IMG/VR virus record: IMGVR_UViG_3300032295_002377
Span: 1-25,727 of that record
DNA: 25,727 bases
Direction: 5' to 3' (one strand)
From: a virus
Taxonomy: Duplodnaviria; Caudoviricetes
The notes under the pieces: model-generated
The model's database searches: none
What the model was told of the DNA's origin: nothing
The model's input: only the letters and a program-made list of their open reading frames with translations
Shown: positions 1 to 9,082 of the stretch, piece after piece
Layout of the letters: every line of letters starts with the position of its first letter
Position numbering within the stretch: the stretch's first letter is position 1
Program-made: the position numbers and the translations under genes

Positions 1-83
1 ATCTCAAGGGCAAACGTAAAAAAACAGGCAGAAGTTTGCCAAATGATCTAGTGGTCAAGAGAAACGAGGCCTATTGGAAATGA
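1..83 (+). CDS. 3' end of a truncated CDS, probably a glycosyltransferase-cluster gene (...LKGKRKKTGRSLPNDLVVKRNEAYWK*)
   Basis: Open frame from base 3 to TGA at 81-83; the stop overlaps the next ATG (ATGA at 80-83). Product guessed from context only. Confidence 0.6.
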   Translation, partial: LKGKRKKTGRSLPNDLVVKRNEAYWK

Positions 84-769
84 AAAGTTTTATTATCTGT
101 CTTAGCAAAATTGAATCCAGTATGTCTACAGCAGTGCAATTACAACAGCAGTTGAAAGACTACAACATGCCTGTTGAACTGTTTGAAGGCACCTATGGCA
201 ACCAAGGGGTTGAGCTGTTGCAGCAGGAACAGCGAACCATCCATCCTTTTGGGATCAAAGGACCCAACCCTGCACCCATCAGCGATGAAGAACAAGACAA
301 ACAACGCAGAAAAATACTGGTACCTGGAGTGATTGGATGCTTCTACAGCCACTTCCGGCTGTGGCAAAAATGTGTAGAACTTGATGAATCTATAATGATT
401 TTTGAAGATGACATTGTGCTGTCAAGGCCTTACATTCCAGTTAAGTTTCAAGATGTGTTGGTGGTGGCCTTGGGTCATCCCACCAAGAGCGAACGCTATA
501 TGCCGTATCTCACCGATCCTGAAGACGAGCCCAAGGCCAGTGGATATGCATCTGCATCCATGCCTGGATGTTGTGGTTACGCCATACATCCACACGCAGC
601 CAAAAAGTTAGTTACAACCTACGCCAAGACCTTTTTGCCCGCAGACAATGCTATCAATCAACATCATGTCACCATTGAGATCCACAACTACATCATGGGC
701 ATTGCTCTGATCAAAAAAGATGGCAAGAAAAGCCTAACCAGAACAAAATTTTGGGGCACCTATCAATGA
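80..769 (+). CDS. Glycosyltransferase family 25 (LgtB/Lex2-like), 229 aa
   Basis: N-terminal FIICL, GCFYSHFRLWQKC, IMIFEDD, GYAIHPHAAKKL and PAD motifs typical of GT25. Start moved to ATG 80 (ATGA overlap). Confidence 0.85.
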   Translation: MKSFIICLSKIESSMSTAVQLQQQLKDYNMPVELFEGTYGNQGVELLQQEQRTIHPFGIKGPNPAPISDEEQDKQRRKILVPGVIGCFYSHFRLWQKCVELDESIMIFEDDIVLSRPYIPVKFQDVLVVALGHPTKSERYMPYLTDPEDEPKASGYASASMPGCCGYAIHPHAAKKLVTTYAKTFLPADNAINQHHVTIEIHNYIMGIALIKKDGKKSLTRTKFWGTYQ

Positions 770-1410
770 ACCAACACAGTTGTTTTGTAGTGTCAAACAA
801 GCCACACATTTTTCCACAGATACAAAACAGCTTAGAGAGTGAGCCAGTGATCTATTTTGATGGTCAGGGCTTTGACTCATTCAGTAGATTGGTCAACTGT
901 TGTGTGGCTTCGGCATCAACAGAAATTGTGGTAGTAATGTCTGACAAAGTACGTCCTACCAAACAACATGTGCGCAAAATTGTTGACCTAGTACAGCAAG
1001 GTTTTGGTTTGGTTGGACTGTATCGTTTTGGATTTTTTGGATTCAAAAAACAACTCATGAGGCATATAGGCATGTTTGATGAAAGATACGTGGGTGGCGG
1101 TTACGAAGACGACGACATGTATATTCGTCTCAAAGAAGCCAACATTGCCATGTACATTACGCAAGAAGTAGAGTATGAAAAATCACGATCCAGCTGGGAC
1201 TATGCCAAGGCCAGGCCGCACTTTGAAGCCAAGTGGCTAGCCGTTGACCAACCAGGGTATGACCCCGCAGCCAAACCCGGTGCCAAGTTTGTGGCACGCC
1301 GGCTGCCGGAACAAACATATCACTATGACCTTGGCCCTGCTGTGCCCACTGTGTTTTTGCCCTGGGGCCACAGTGTGATTGCCACAAGCAAAGCAAAAAA
1401 ATACATTTGA
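766..1410 (+). CDS. GT-A glycosyltransferase (GT2/GT7 C-terminal-like), 214 aa
   Basis: IGMFDERYVGGGYEDDDMYIRL resembles the FDExF.G.G.ED.D motif. ATG 766 overlaps the upstream TGA. Confidence 0.7.
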   Translation: MNQHSCFVVSNKPHIFPQIQNSLESEPVIYFDGQGFDSFSRLVNCCVASASTEIVVVMSDKVRPTKQHVRKIVDLVQQGFGLVGLYRFGFFGFKKQLMRHIGMFDERYVGGGYEDDDMYIRLKEANIAMYITQEVEYEKSRSSWDYAKARPHFEAKWLAVDQPGYDPAAKPGAKFVARRLPEQTYHYDLGPAVPTVFLPWGHSVIATSKAKKYI

Positions 1411-1419
1411 GGACCGCTA

Positions 1420-1980
1420 ATGAGCAGTGTTATACTAAATCATCTGCCCGGAATTGAAAACCACAGCTATCTTGAATTGGGCGTGTTTGACAATCAAAAC
1501 TTCAACGCCATTCAGTGCCGTAATAAGTTTTCAGTTGACATCAACGGCAAGGCCATGTACACCGGCACAACTGATCAATACTTTGAGCAACTTGAGCCTG
1601 ACACCAAATTTGATATTATTTTTATTGATGCCAATCACGACTATGATTGTGTTGTTCGTGACTTCAACAACAGCATAGATCATGCCACCAAGTGGATTGT
1701 GATACATGACATGATACCGCCCAGCAAGAAGTTCACACAGAGCAAGTTTTGTTCTGACTCGTTTAGATTGCTGAGTTTTTTATTGCAACAAACTGATTTC
1801 ACAATCTATGCCATGAACAACAATTTTGGATTAACTTTGGTGAAAATGCCGGCAGCTAAGATTGCCCCGCCAGACCACTACAGAGATCTCAGCTATGATG
1901 AATTCGCTGAGTACATTGCACAAGTCAAACTGTATTCGAATCAAGAAATCATAGACATGTTCGAGGCCAACCATGTTTAA
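1420..1980 (+). CDS. Class I SAM-dependent methyltransferase (Methyltransf_24-like)
   Basis: YLELGV motif I, FDIIFIDANHDY and WIVIHD motifs; GAGGA Shine-Dalgarno-like sequence upstream. Confidence 0.8.
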   Translation: MSSVILNHLPGIENHSYLELGVFDNQNFNAIQCRNKFSVDINGKAMYTGTTDQYFEQLEPDTKFDIIFIDANHDYDCVVRDFNNSIDHATKWIVIHDMIPPSKKFTQSKFCSDSFRLLSFLLQQTDFTIYAMNNNFGLTLVKMPAAKIAPPDHYRDLSYDEFAEYIAQVKLYSNQEIIDMFEANHV

Positions 1981-2953
1981 TGGATCAAGAATATTTGTAA
2001 GTGGAGCCACCGGATCATGGGGCCAGACCTTGATCTCACTGTTGCTGAGCAATCACGACGTGGGAGAAATTGTGTGTTTTTCACGCGGTGAATTGCAGCA
2101 GGTTTTGATGCGTAGAAAGTTCAACAGTCCCAAACTGCGGTTTGTGATTGGTGATGTACGTGACTATAATGCAGTGTTAGCTGCCACGCAAAACATTGAC
2201 TACGTGTTTCATCTTGCTGCGCTCAAGCATGTGCCAGTGTGTGAGGAAAATGTTCAAGAAACCATAAAAACCAACATCACCGGTACCACAAACATAGTCA
2301 ATGCTGCTATTGCCAACCGCGTTAGAAAAGTCATAGATGTCAGCTCAGACAAAGCCGTTGAACCCATAAATTTGTATGGCATGACCAAAGCCGTGGGAGA
2401 AAAAACCATTGTGCAAGCCAATGATCTAAGTGACTATACTAGATTTGTTTGCATCAGGGGAGGCAACGTCATGGGCAGCAGTGGTTCGGTCATTCCCTAT
2501 TTTATTGAACAAATTCGTGCGGGCGGTCCCATAACCATCACTGACAGCAGAATGACCAGATTCTTTCTCACTCTAGAGCAGGCCATTCATTTGTTGTTCA
2601 AGGCCAGCATTGACAGCATTGGCGGCGAAACTTTTGTCATGAACATGCCCAGTTGCTATATCAAAGATCTAGCTCAGGTACTGATGCACAGATATGGCAC
2701 TGTTGAAATTGTAGAAACAGGAATGCGACCGGGCGAGAAACTGGACGAAATGTTGATATCACATCACGAAGCGCAGCTCACACGGTGTTACGATGATCAC
2801 TATTTTGTGACCTTGCCTGCCAACTACAATCAGGCCTTGGCCACTAGATATCAGGATCATGCAGCATTTCCCTACAGTGAATTTTCATCAAAAACCAAAA
2901 TCATGCCCCAAGAAGAAATCAAGACCATGTTAGAGAAAGGCCGATTCATATGA
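1973..2953 (+). CDS. UDP-N-acetylglucosamine 4,6-dehydratase (PseB/FlaA1/FnlA-like, Polysacc_synt_2)
   Basis: SGATGSWG NAD-binding motif, HLAALKHVP, SSDKAVEPINLYGMTK (DK plus YxxxK), RGGNVMGSSGSVIP, GMRPGEKL. Confidence 0.92.
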   Translation: MFNGSRIFVSGATGSWGQTLISLLLSNHDVGEIVCFSRGELQQVLMRRKFNSPKLRFVIGDVRDYNAVLAATQNIDYVFHLAALKHVPVCEENVQETIKTNITGTTNIVNAAIANRVRKVIDVSSDKAVEPINLYGMTKAVGEKTIVQANDLSDYTRFVCIRGGNVMGSSGSVIPYFIEQIRAGGPITITDSRMTRFFLTLEQAIHLLFKASIDSIGGETFVMNMPSCYIKDLAQVLMHRYGTVEIVETGMRPGEKLDEMLISHHEAQLTRCYDDHYFVTLPANYNQALATRYQDHAAFPYSEFSSKTKIMPQEEIKTMLEKGRFI

Positions 2954-3771
2954 AAATCCTAGTTGTTGGCAGCAACGGCATGGCCGGCCACATGATCACT
3001 GATTACTTGCAACAAAAAAACTACAATGTGTTCACAGTGGCTAGACACAGTGCTACCTATTGTGTGGATATTGAAGATACCCGAGCCACCACAGAACTAT
3101 TCGCAGAATTCCGTGACAATTTTGCCTATGTAATAAACTGTGTGGGCTTGTTGGTCAAAGACAGCAATCACTATCCTGATCGGGCCATGATTGTCAATGC
3201 CTGGTTTCCACATCTGTTGGAAGCAACTTTTCGCGGATCCAGCACCAGGGTGATTCACTTGTCAACTGATTGTGTGTTTGACGGAAGTCAAGGCTATTAC
3301 AAAGAGTATGATGTGCCCACCGAAACAAACTTTTATGGTCGTAGCAAATCTTTGGGCGAGCTTGACAACGACAAAGACATCACATTGCGCATGAGTATCA
3401 TAGGGCCTGAACTCAAATTCACCGGTACAGGACTGCTGCAATGGATCTTGAACAATCCTGATCCAGAATTAACGGGCTGGGACAATGCATTGTGGAATGG
3501 CATGACAACCTTGCAATTGGCCAAGTGCATTGAACAGTATATTCACAATCCGCGGATAAGCGGAATATATCACTTGGTCAACAATAATGTCAATATCAGC
3601 AAATATGAACTGCTGTGTAAGGTAAATGATATTTACGGTTTGAGCAAAACTGTGCTGCGCGGTAAAGGTCCCAAGAACATAAACAAAATCTTGGTTGACA
3701 CCCGAATGGGGTTGTCATTTGACATTCCCGAGTACGATCAACAACTCAAAGAACTCAGAGATTGGTTTTGA
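2950..3771 (+). CDS. RmlD-like NDP-4-keto-6-deoxysugar reductase (WbvR/QnlA-like SDR)
   Basis: VGSNGMAG, VINCVG, HLSTDCVFDG, YGRSK (YxxxK) and RMSIIGPE; ATGA overlap with the dehydratase gene. Confidence 0.88.
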   Translation: MKILVVGSNGMAGHMITDYLQQKNYNVFTVARHSATYCVDIEDTRATTELFAEFRDNFAYVINCVGLLVKDSNHYPDRAMIVNAWFPHLLEATFRGSSTRVIHLSTDCVFDGSQGYYKEYDVPTETNFYGRSKSLGELDNDKDITLRMSIIGPELKFTGTGLLQWILNNPDPELTGWDNALWNGMTTLQLAKCIEQYIHNPRISGIYHLVNNNVNISKYELLCKVNDIYGLSKTVLRGKGPKNINKILVDTRMGLSFDIPEYDQQLKELRDWF

Positions 3772-4561
3772 AATTGTAGTCATGATCATACTCAAAATCT
3801 ACCACTGATCCAGCATATTGTTCTATCAATTCCAACGCACGCCCTGATTGCCATTCTTCATTGGTAAACTGTGACCAGGCTAGATGTTCGTGCCATTGAT
3901 CTCTCAAGACGGGCTCACTGGGGTTTTGCCAATCTTGCAAAGACTGTGCTCCAGCTGCCCAGGTTATGCAGGGATGCAGGCTTATGGCTTTTTTACCATA
4001 CCACAATGCTTCAGCAGTGATTGCTGATCCCTGTGCCACTACCAAATCTGCCCAGTCCAAGTCTTGGAACAGCGTGGCCCATCTTGCTCCACTTTTTTTA
4101 ATTTTGTATCGTATGCGCACATCAGCGCCGGGAAATTGTCTAGCCATGTGTTCTGCCCATTGCCAACCATGCTCAGGGCTCCAGATTGGTGCTGTCATGG
4201 CGCTGGGTGCTATCAATACATTTTTTACTTGTCGTACTTTCCAGGGATGCTTATCCAGTTGCATCACCGACCATCGCGAATGCGGCATAGGTCGCAACTT
4301 GATATTGGCCCACCCATTGATGCTGTATCTCCACAACCATCGTGTTTTGAACAGGTGATTGCCCACATATCCTCTACCAATGTATATTGCAGGTTGTTTT
4401 TGATTCAACCATTTTTGAACATGTACGTGTGTCAGCACACTGCCGGTTATGATAGGTTCCAGGGGATCAATATCTTCCAGTGAATTTTTAACCACAACAT
4501 TGGACCAATCCTTGAACCAAGGATTTTCATCGTAGTCTGATTTCAAAACCTGGTATATCAT
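3755..4561 (-). CDS. Capsule-synthesis-like (GT-B) protein, paralog 3, 268 aa
   Basis: HPWK..NVLIAP, VRIRYK, DWADLVVAQGSAITAEALWYGK and W.EHLAWSQF motifs shared with the genes at 4558-5472 and 6377-7183. Start at ATG 4561 (ATGA overlap). Confidence 0.6.
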   Translation of the reverse strand: MIYQVLKSDYDENPWFKDWSNVVVKNSLEDIDPLEPIITGSVLTHVHVQKWLNQKQPAIYIGRGYVGNHLFKTRWLWRYSINGWANIKLRPMPHSRWSVMQLDKHPWKVRQVKNVLIAPSAMTAPIWSPEHGWQWAEHMARQFPGADVRIRYKIKKSGARWATLFQDLDWADLVVAQGSAITAEALWYGKKAISLHPCITWAAGAQSLQDWQNPSEPVLRDQWHEHLAWSQFTNEEWQSGRALELIEQYAGSVVDFEYDHDYNFKTNL

Positions 4562-5472
4562 ACGTAGGTTTTGATATGCGCCCAGCACTGGCCGTTGGAC
4601 AATTCGTCAAAACTCCAGTGTGACATTGACAAACGTTGAATCCAGGCATCACGATCTGGCATCACAGGGTTTTCAATATTGGCCAAGTCAACATTGGCCA
4701 CAGGCAGAGCCTGACTGTGTTGCGGTTCAGGATCGGTCACAAAAACCGGAATACCTTCAATGGCGGCAGCTACGCCAGGGCTGCTGTTGTAGGTAATCAC
4801 AGCATGAGCATTGTTTAAATCATCTAATATACTGCTGTGGCGACTCACACGCCACGATGAGCCACGCACTGTGAGATACACAGGTGCTTGCTTGTCCCCA
4901 GGATGACCTCGTACCACTATGGGTCTTTGAGTATAGCGTCTAAGAGTTTTAACAGTTTGTGTGAGCCAGTCCATGACACCTATACCACGCATGCTCCAAC
5001 CGCCGTTGCGTTGTGTGCATATCAGCACATGATTGCCGTTGCGTCGCCAAGGCTTAAGCACGATACCGGTTCGTTGACTGATTTGCAGCCAACGTGCAGG
5101 ATCTGGTGTGTGATCAAAATAACAACCTGTGGTGGGAAACACACCGTCAAAACTGTAACGATGATATGTTACCGGTGTTGCTGGTGCGCTATAGTTGAAT
5201 AAATTGCTGTCTACAATGAGAGTGCGGCGCCCTAGACGCAGTTGATTGTGATACACTGCCTCTCTCAGTTGCAGATGCGCACTGCGTTTGCCATGTTCGT
5301 GACTCCAGCCCTGTATCATGGCCACATCTGCGTCAACAATATCAGTGCCAGTATGTAGAAGACCTTGATCACCTTGAGCACACACTCCATCAATGAATCT
5401 TTGAAGGATTTCAACCTTGTGAGGATTCTTTTGTTGATTGGGGATTGCTGACAGATAGGCTACTACTTTCAT
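4558..5472 (-). CDS. Capsule-synthesis-like (KpsS/KpsC-like, GT-B) protein, paralog 2, 304 aa
   Basis: IVVRGHP and VITYNSSPGVAAAIEGIPVF resemble the K.HP and NS..G.EA...G.PV motifs of the Capsule_synth family. Start at ATG 5472 (ATGA overlap). Confidence 0.68.
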   Translation of the reverse strand: MKVVAYLSAIPNQQKNPHKVEILQRFIDGVCAQGDQGLLHTGTDIVDADVAMIQGWSHEHGKRSAHLQLREAVYHNQLRLGRRTLIVDSNLFNYSAPATPVTYHRYSFDGVFPTTGCYFDHTPDPARWLQISQRTGIVLKPWRRNGNHVLICTQRNGGWSMRGIGVMDWLTQTVKTLRRYTQRPIVVRGHPGDKQAPVYLTVRGSSWRVSRHSSILDDLNNAHAVITYNSSPGVAAAIEGIPVFVTDPEPQHSQALPVANVDLANIENPVMPDRDAWIQRLSMSHWSFDELSNGQCWAHIKTYV

Positions 5473-6380
5473 TGTAGACTGGCCCAAAAATTTTCGTTCG
5501 CTTGCACACATTCATCCAGGGCGTTTTCATACGTCGTAGCACGTTGCACAGCGTCTCGCCAGCTTTCGCGTTTTTCCAACACCGCGGGTGCGTGACGGAA
5601 AAACTGAAACTTACTGCTCCATACTGATGTCAGCACCACTCGTTTACCCAGCAAAGTTCCCCAATACACCCCGTGATAACTGTTGGTCAAGATGATATTG
5701 GCGCTGCCCAGCAGTTCTATGGTCTGTTCAACATTGCTGCCTGAGTTGACAAATCTAGGAATACTATCAGGTCCAAAATCCTTGATCAACTGTTTTTTGT
5801 GTTCAAACCAAATTACATCATTGCGGATGCTGTAGGTTTTTCGCAGTGCAGGATGCATACAACTGGGACAGGGTACCCAGTCATATCTGTTGTAGCCTAT
5901 GTCATCGCGCAGTCCCACCCTGTCAAAATTGGCCAAGGCTTTGCTGTAACGCAAATCTGCAGCTTCGGACACTGGATCTCCATTGTGCCCGGCTCCCCAC
6001 ACATGTTTGAGTGCTGGATTGTTTTCAATGTTGGCCAGGCAATTTGAAATCAAGCCATGATACTGCTGATTGAAATTGTTCCACATTTCTTGATAGCGTG
6101 AATCACTCAACCTCCATGCATCTTCGTGCATACGCTCCAGCTGCAACCGATCAGGACTGTTGCACAACATCTGTGCTGCGTCACCAATGAACTGATTGCC
6201 AAACAGACCGCCACCGCCAAGGATTATGGGTACACCTGTGGGATATGATGCCTTGTACAGGTCGGCCGCATCCACAGTTTGATATTGATCGCTGTCGAGA
6301 AAATATTGCAGAGGGTTGCTGGCCACGTCGCCCACGTTGTTGGAATCTTTGCGATTAACCACTATGTATTGAATAGTCAT
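5469..6380 (-). CDS. Polysaccharide pyruvyl transferase-like protein, 303 aa
   Basis: NVGD, ILGGGGLF, WGAG, VGLRD and ILTNSYHGVYWGTLLGK match the PS_pyruv_trans motif order. Start at ATG 6380 (ATGA overlap). Confidence 0.72.
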   Translation of the reverse strand: MTIQYIVVNRKDSNNVGDVASNPLQYFLDSDQYQTVDAADLYKASYPTGVPIILGGGGLFGNQFIGDAAQMLCNSPDRLQLERMHEDAWRLSDSRYQEMWNNFNQQYHGLISNCLANIENNPALKHVWGAGHNGDPVSEAADLRYSKALANFDRVGLRDDIGYNRYDWVPCPSCMHPALRKTYSIRNDVIWFEHKKQLIKDFGPDSIPRFVNSGSNVEQTIELLGSANIILTNSYHGVYWGTLLGKRVVLTSVWSSKFQFFRHAPAVLEKRESWRDAVQRATTYENALDECVQANENFWASLQ

Positions 6381-7183
6381 ACAGTTTCCTGAAGTATTTG
6401 CCACACCGTACCATTTCGCATTTCGTCAACACGAAACTGTCCGTAGGCCAGGTGACTGGCCCACTGAGTCAGTAAATCTGCGTCAGGGTAGAAAGGTGTT
6501 TCAATCCGGGCGAGATCCTGCAAAGCCACTGGTGCGGCAGCATTGGCCGGAGCCAACACAAACGCCGGTATCCCATTGAAAATAGCTTCAGTGGCGGCTA
6601 CACTGTTAAAAGTTACCAAGGCAAACACATCTTGTTCTACCAAGGCCTGCTGCAGAGTATTGACATGAGTACGCTGTTTGCGCTGAGAAGCACGTTCACG
6701 TACCACTATGGGTCTGTCAGTGTACATAGCTATCTGTTGTTTGGTGTCTGCTATCCACTGGTCACGATCTATGCCGTAAAATTTACAAGGTTTTTCATCC
6801 GGAGCAGCAATCATTATGCTGCGGCCCTGGCGACGCCATGGTGCAAATTTTTTGTAAGAGAAATAAGTATGCCAACGATGTTCGGATCTTGCAATCAAGT
6901 CATGATGTTGTAGATTGTTTTTGACTATTCTATGCCATAGCTTCCAACCATGAGGGTTGCGAGCTGTGATTTCGTTGCCAAAATATCCTGTGTCAACATA
7001 ATAGAACGTTCTTCCGTCGTTCCAACAACGTTGCATGATCTTGTGCTTGAGTATGCCACGCAACACTATGGGTTCTAAACTGTCTTCATAGACAAAATCC
7101 TGTGTGGCAGTGGGCTTGCGGCCCATGCCGGCTGCTAGGGTATTGATGTAAGTATCTTGCCCATCCTTGCTGAGGAATATCAT
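6377..7183 (-). CDS. Capsule-synthesis-like (GT-B) protein, paralog 1, 268 aa
   Basis: YVDTGYFG, APWRRQGRSIMIAAP, IVVRER, LVTFNSVAATEAIFNGIPAF and HLAYGQF. Start at ATG 7183 (ATGA overlap). Confidence 0.65.
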   Translation of the reverse strand: MIFLSKDGQDTYINTLAAGMGRKPTATQDFVYEDSLEPIVLRGILKHKIMQRCWNDGRTFYYVDTGYFGNEITARNPHGWKLWHRIVKNNLQHHDLIARSEHRWHTYFSYKKFAPWRRQGRSIMIAAPDEKPCKFYGIDRDQWIADTKQQIAMYTDRPIVVRERASQRKQRTHVNTLQQALVEQDVFALVTFNSVAATEAIFNGIPAFVLAPANAAAPVALQDLARIETPFYPDADLLTQWASHLAYGQFRVDEMRNGTVWQILQETV

Positions 7184-7863
7184 TTCATGTGCTGTTGACA
7201 ATATTCGGTATAGATGCGCTCTCTATGCCATTCTTCCGATTGTGGTGTGTCGGCGAACTCGTGAAAACACGGTGTACCCAGTGTATAGTGCAGCAGTTTT
7301 GCATCTGGATTGGCTCCGTATTCATCTGGTAACCAATTCCATTCTGGCGCTAGCTCACCAATGCGATCATCTTCCAGCCATGAGAATCTATGCAGGAAAC
7401 TGCCTGTGGATCGTTGTACAAATTCTGGAGTGAGTTTGCGATTGGGATAGGTGCTGCAATTCCAAAGTATCACACTGCTCCAGTTCTTTCTTGGATAATC
7501 TTCGTTCACACTGCCAAGGTATTTTTCTCGGCGTTTGGTTTTATAGTCGTGTTTGACCACCATGACATCCTTGCTCATGCTCTGCATATCCCAAAGCTCG
7601 GCTATGTCACCACGCACAATCATGTCACCATCAATAAAAATTGCCCAACCTTGCCAGCCCATGAGATAGGGCACCAAGAATCTTGTGTAGATAAAATGAT
7701 TGCTGCCGTCTGTGTGCGTTTCTGTGTAGTCTCGAAACAGGTTCAATGCTACAGGAACAATGGCCACAGGAACGGAACTGTTGCGTATGATACTGTTGAC
7801 GCAGGTATGATACGCAATGGCTTCTCTTGGGTCATAGCCTACAAATATTGGAATTGGTTTCAT
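7180..7863 (-). CDS. GT8-like glycosyltransferase (similar in motif pattern to plant CDI-type proteins)
   Basis: IFVGYDPRE, FIYTRFLVPYL, FIDGDM (DxD), YPRKNWSS, EWNWL and HYTLGTP. Confidence 0.82.
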   Translation of the reverse strand: MKPIPIFVGYDPREAIAYHTCVNSIIRNSSVPVAIVPVALNLFRDYTETHTDGSNHFIYTRFLVPYLMGWQGWAIFIDGDMIVRGDIAELWDMQSMSKDVMVVKHDYKTKRREKYLGSVNEDYPRKNWSSVILWNCSTYPNRKLTPEFVQRSTGSFLHRFSWLEDDRIGELAPEWNWLPDEYGANPDAKLLHYTLGTPCFHEFADTPQSEEWHRERIYTEYCQQHMK

Positions 7864-8291
7864 TTTTTACAAACTGATAATATGTATCTGCCGTGTCGAT
7901 GATGTTTAACACTGCTGTAGAACTTATGCAACAGTGTGTCAATGGATGACTCAGTGAATGCTCGACGCCATTCCTTTTTGATCTTGACTGGCAAAGTCAA
8001 GATCACACAATTGTCAGCAGCCCGAACCGCATTGTCCAAGGCCTGATCAGGATTTTCTAAATACTCCAACACTCCTAATACAAGAGCAAGATCAAATTTT
8101 TGTTGAAAATCCAGTGGCGTAGAAATGTCAGCTATAATGTCTGCTGAATACACAATATCAACACCAAGATATTGTGACGGACGGACGTGCTCAAGCACTT
8201 CACAGTTACCGCATCCAAAATCAATTATGCTTATATTGTCAGGAATATAAGTTTTAACAAAACTCCAACGATCACTCCAGGGATTGGCCAT
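7860..8291 (-). CDS. Small class I SAM-dependent methyltransferase
   Basis: IIDFGCGN motif I, YLGVDI, FDLALVLGVLEYL. Confidence 0.8.
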   Translation of the reverse strand: MANPWSDRWSFVKTYIPDNISIIDFGCGNCEVLEHVRPSQYLGVDIVYSADIIADISTPLDFQQKFDLALVLGVLEYLENPDQALDNAVRAADNCVILTLPVKIKKEWRRAFTESSIDTLLHKFYSSVKHHRHGRYILSVCKK

Positions 8292-8297
8292 AATGGG

Positions 8298-9053
8298 TCA
8301 TCGGCGTTCTATGTCATTTTCTACACAGTTGTCACCAAACTGTATTTCAATCAGTTTCAATGGCTGATTAGTTTCGTTGCACAGTTGATGCCATTCATTG
8401 CGATTGATCCAGCAGTGCTGATGCACCACAAGTTTGCATTTGGGCTCTATGTCAGTGGCACGATTGAGGGTGTACACCGTGGCTTCGCCTTCGGCCACGA
8501 ACCAAAACTCTGCTCGCTGATCATGACGTTGCATGCTGAGATGTTGTCCCGGCTCCACTGTGAGTTCTTTAAGTTTGGTTTCTGAACCAACTTCATGTAA
8601 CACTCTATAATAGCCCCAGGTGCGATCAGTGCGCGGACTCTTCCAGTCCTGAAGAATCCAACTGCTACTGTTGGCTTTGTCTTCTCCGCCTACTCCAAAC
8701 ACAAACTCCACATCATCAAATACCATTTCAGGAATATTGTTGGCAGTTCTATCGCCGCCGTTGGCAAACACAATCTGATAGGCTGGATATCTTTCACGCA
8801 CACGTTGGATGGCAGCCTTGGAGCTGCCATCACTGTCGTCAAAATCTATCACCCAGTCTACACCTTGCATGGCTGACAGCACTGCACTGCGTTCAGACCA
8901 GGGCATGAAAGGACGACCTTTTTTGCGTGTCAACCAATCATCACTGTTGAGCCCAACTACCAGAATATCACCTAGAGCGCGAGCAGCCTGTAGGTATCGC
9001 ACATGGCCAGAATGAATGGGGTCAAATCCCCCGGTAACAATCACTATTTTCAT
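8298..9053 (-). CDS. Bifunctional cytidylyltransferase-like (HIGH) / type II mannose-6-phosphate isomerase-like cupin protein
   Basis: N-terminal VTGGFDPIHSGH, VGLNSD, RKKG, FANGGDR and SSS; C-terminal RTWGYY, LTVEPGQHLSMQRH...EFWFV, WHQL and IEIQFG...DIER. Confidence 0.88.
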   Translation of the reverse strand: MKIVIVTGGFDPIHSGHVRYLQAARALGDILVVGLNSDDWLTRKKGRPFMPWSERSAVLSAMQGVDWVIDFDDSDGSSKAAIQRVRERYPAYQIVFANGGDRTANNIPEMVFDDVEFVFGVGGEDKANSSSWILQDWKSPRTDRTWGYYRVLHEVGSETKLKELTVEPGQHLSMQRHDQRAEFWFVAEGEATVYTLNRATDIEPKCKLVVHQHCWINRNEWHQLCNETNQPLKLIEIQFGDNCVENDIERR

Positions 9054-9058
9054 GTTGA

Positions 9059-9066
9059 TATTTATA
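9059..9066 (-). promoter_or_regulatory. T4-type late promoter TATAAATA
   Basis: Exact TATAAATA on the minus strand in a 29-nt intergenic gap, with 5 nt between it and the ATG at 9053. Confidence 0.75.
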
Positions 9067-9082
9067 GACGTATATTTCTACG

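Noticed and set aside
3630-3635. Additional TAAATA matches inside genes (3630-3635 minus strand; 8058-8063 plus strand)
   Set aside because: They are intragenic, antisense to the host gene and not placed before a start codon; expected by chance.
7390-7902. 170-aa plus-strand ORF and the many other short antisense or nested ORFs in the track
   Set aside because: They overlap motif-supported genes on the other strand or in another frame and have no independent evidence.
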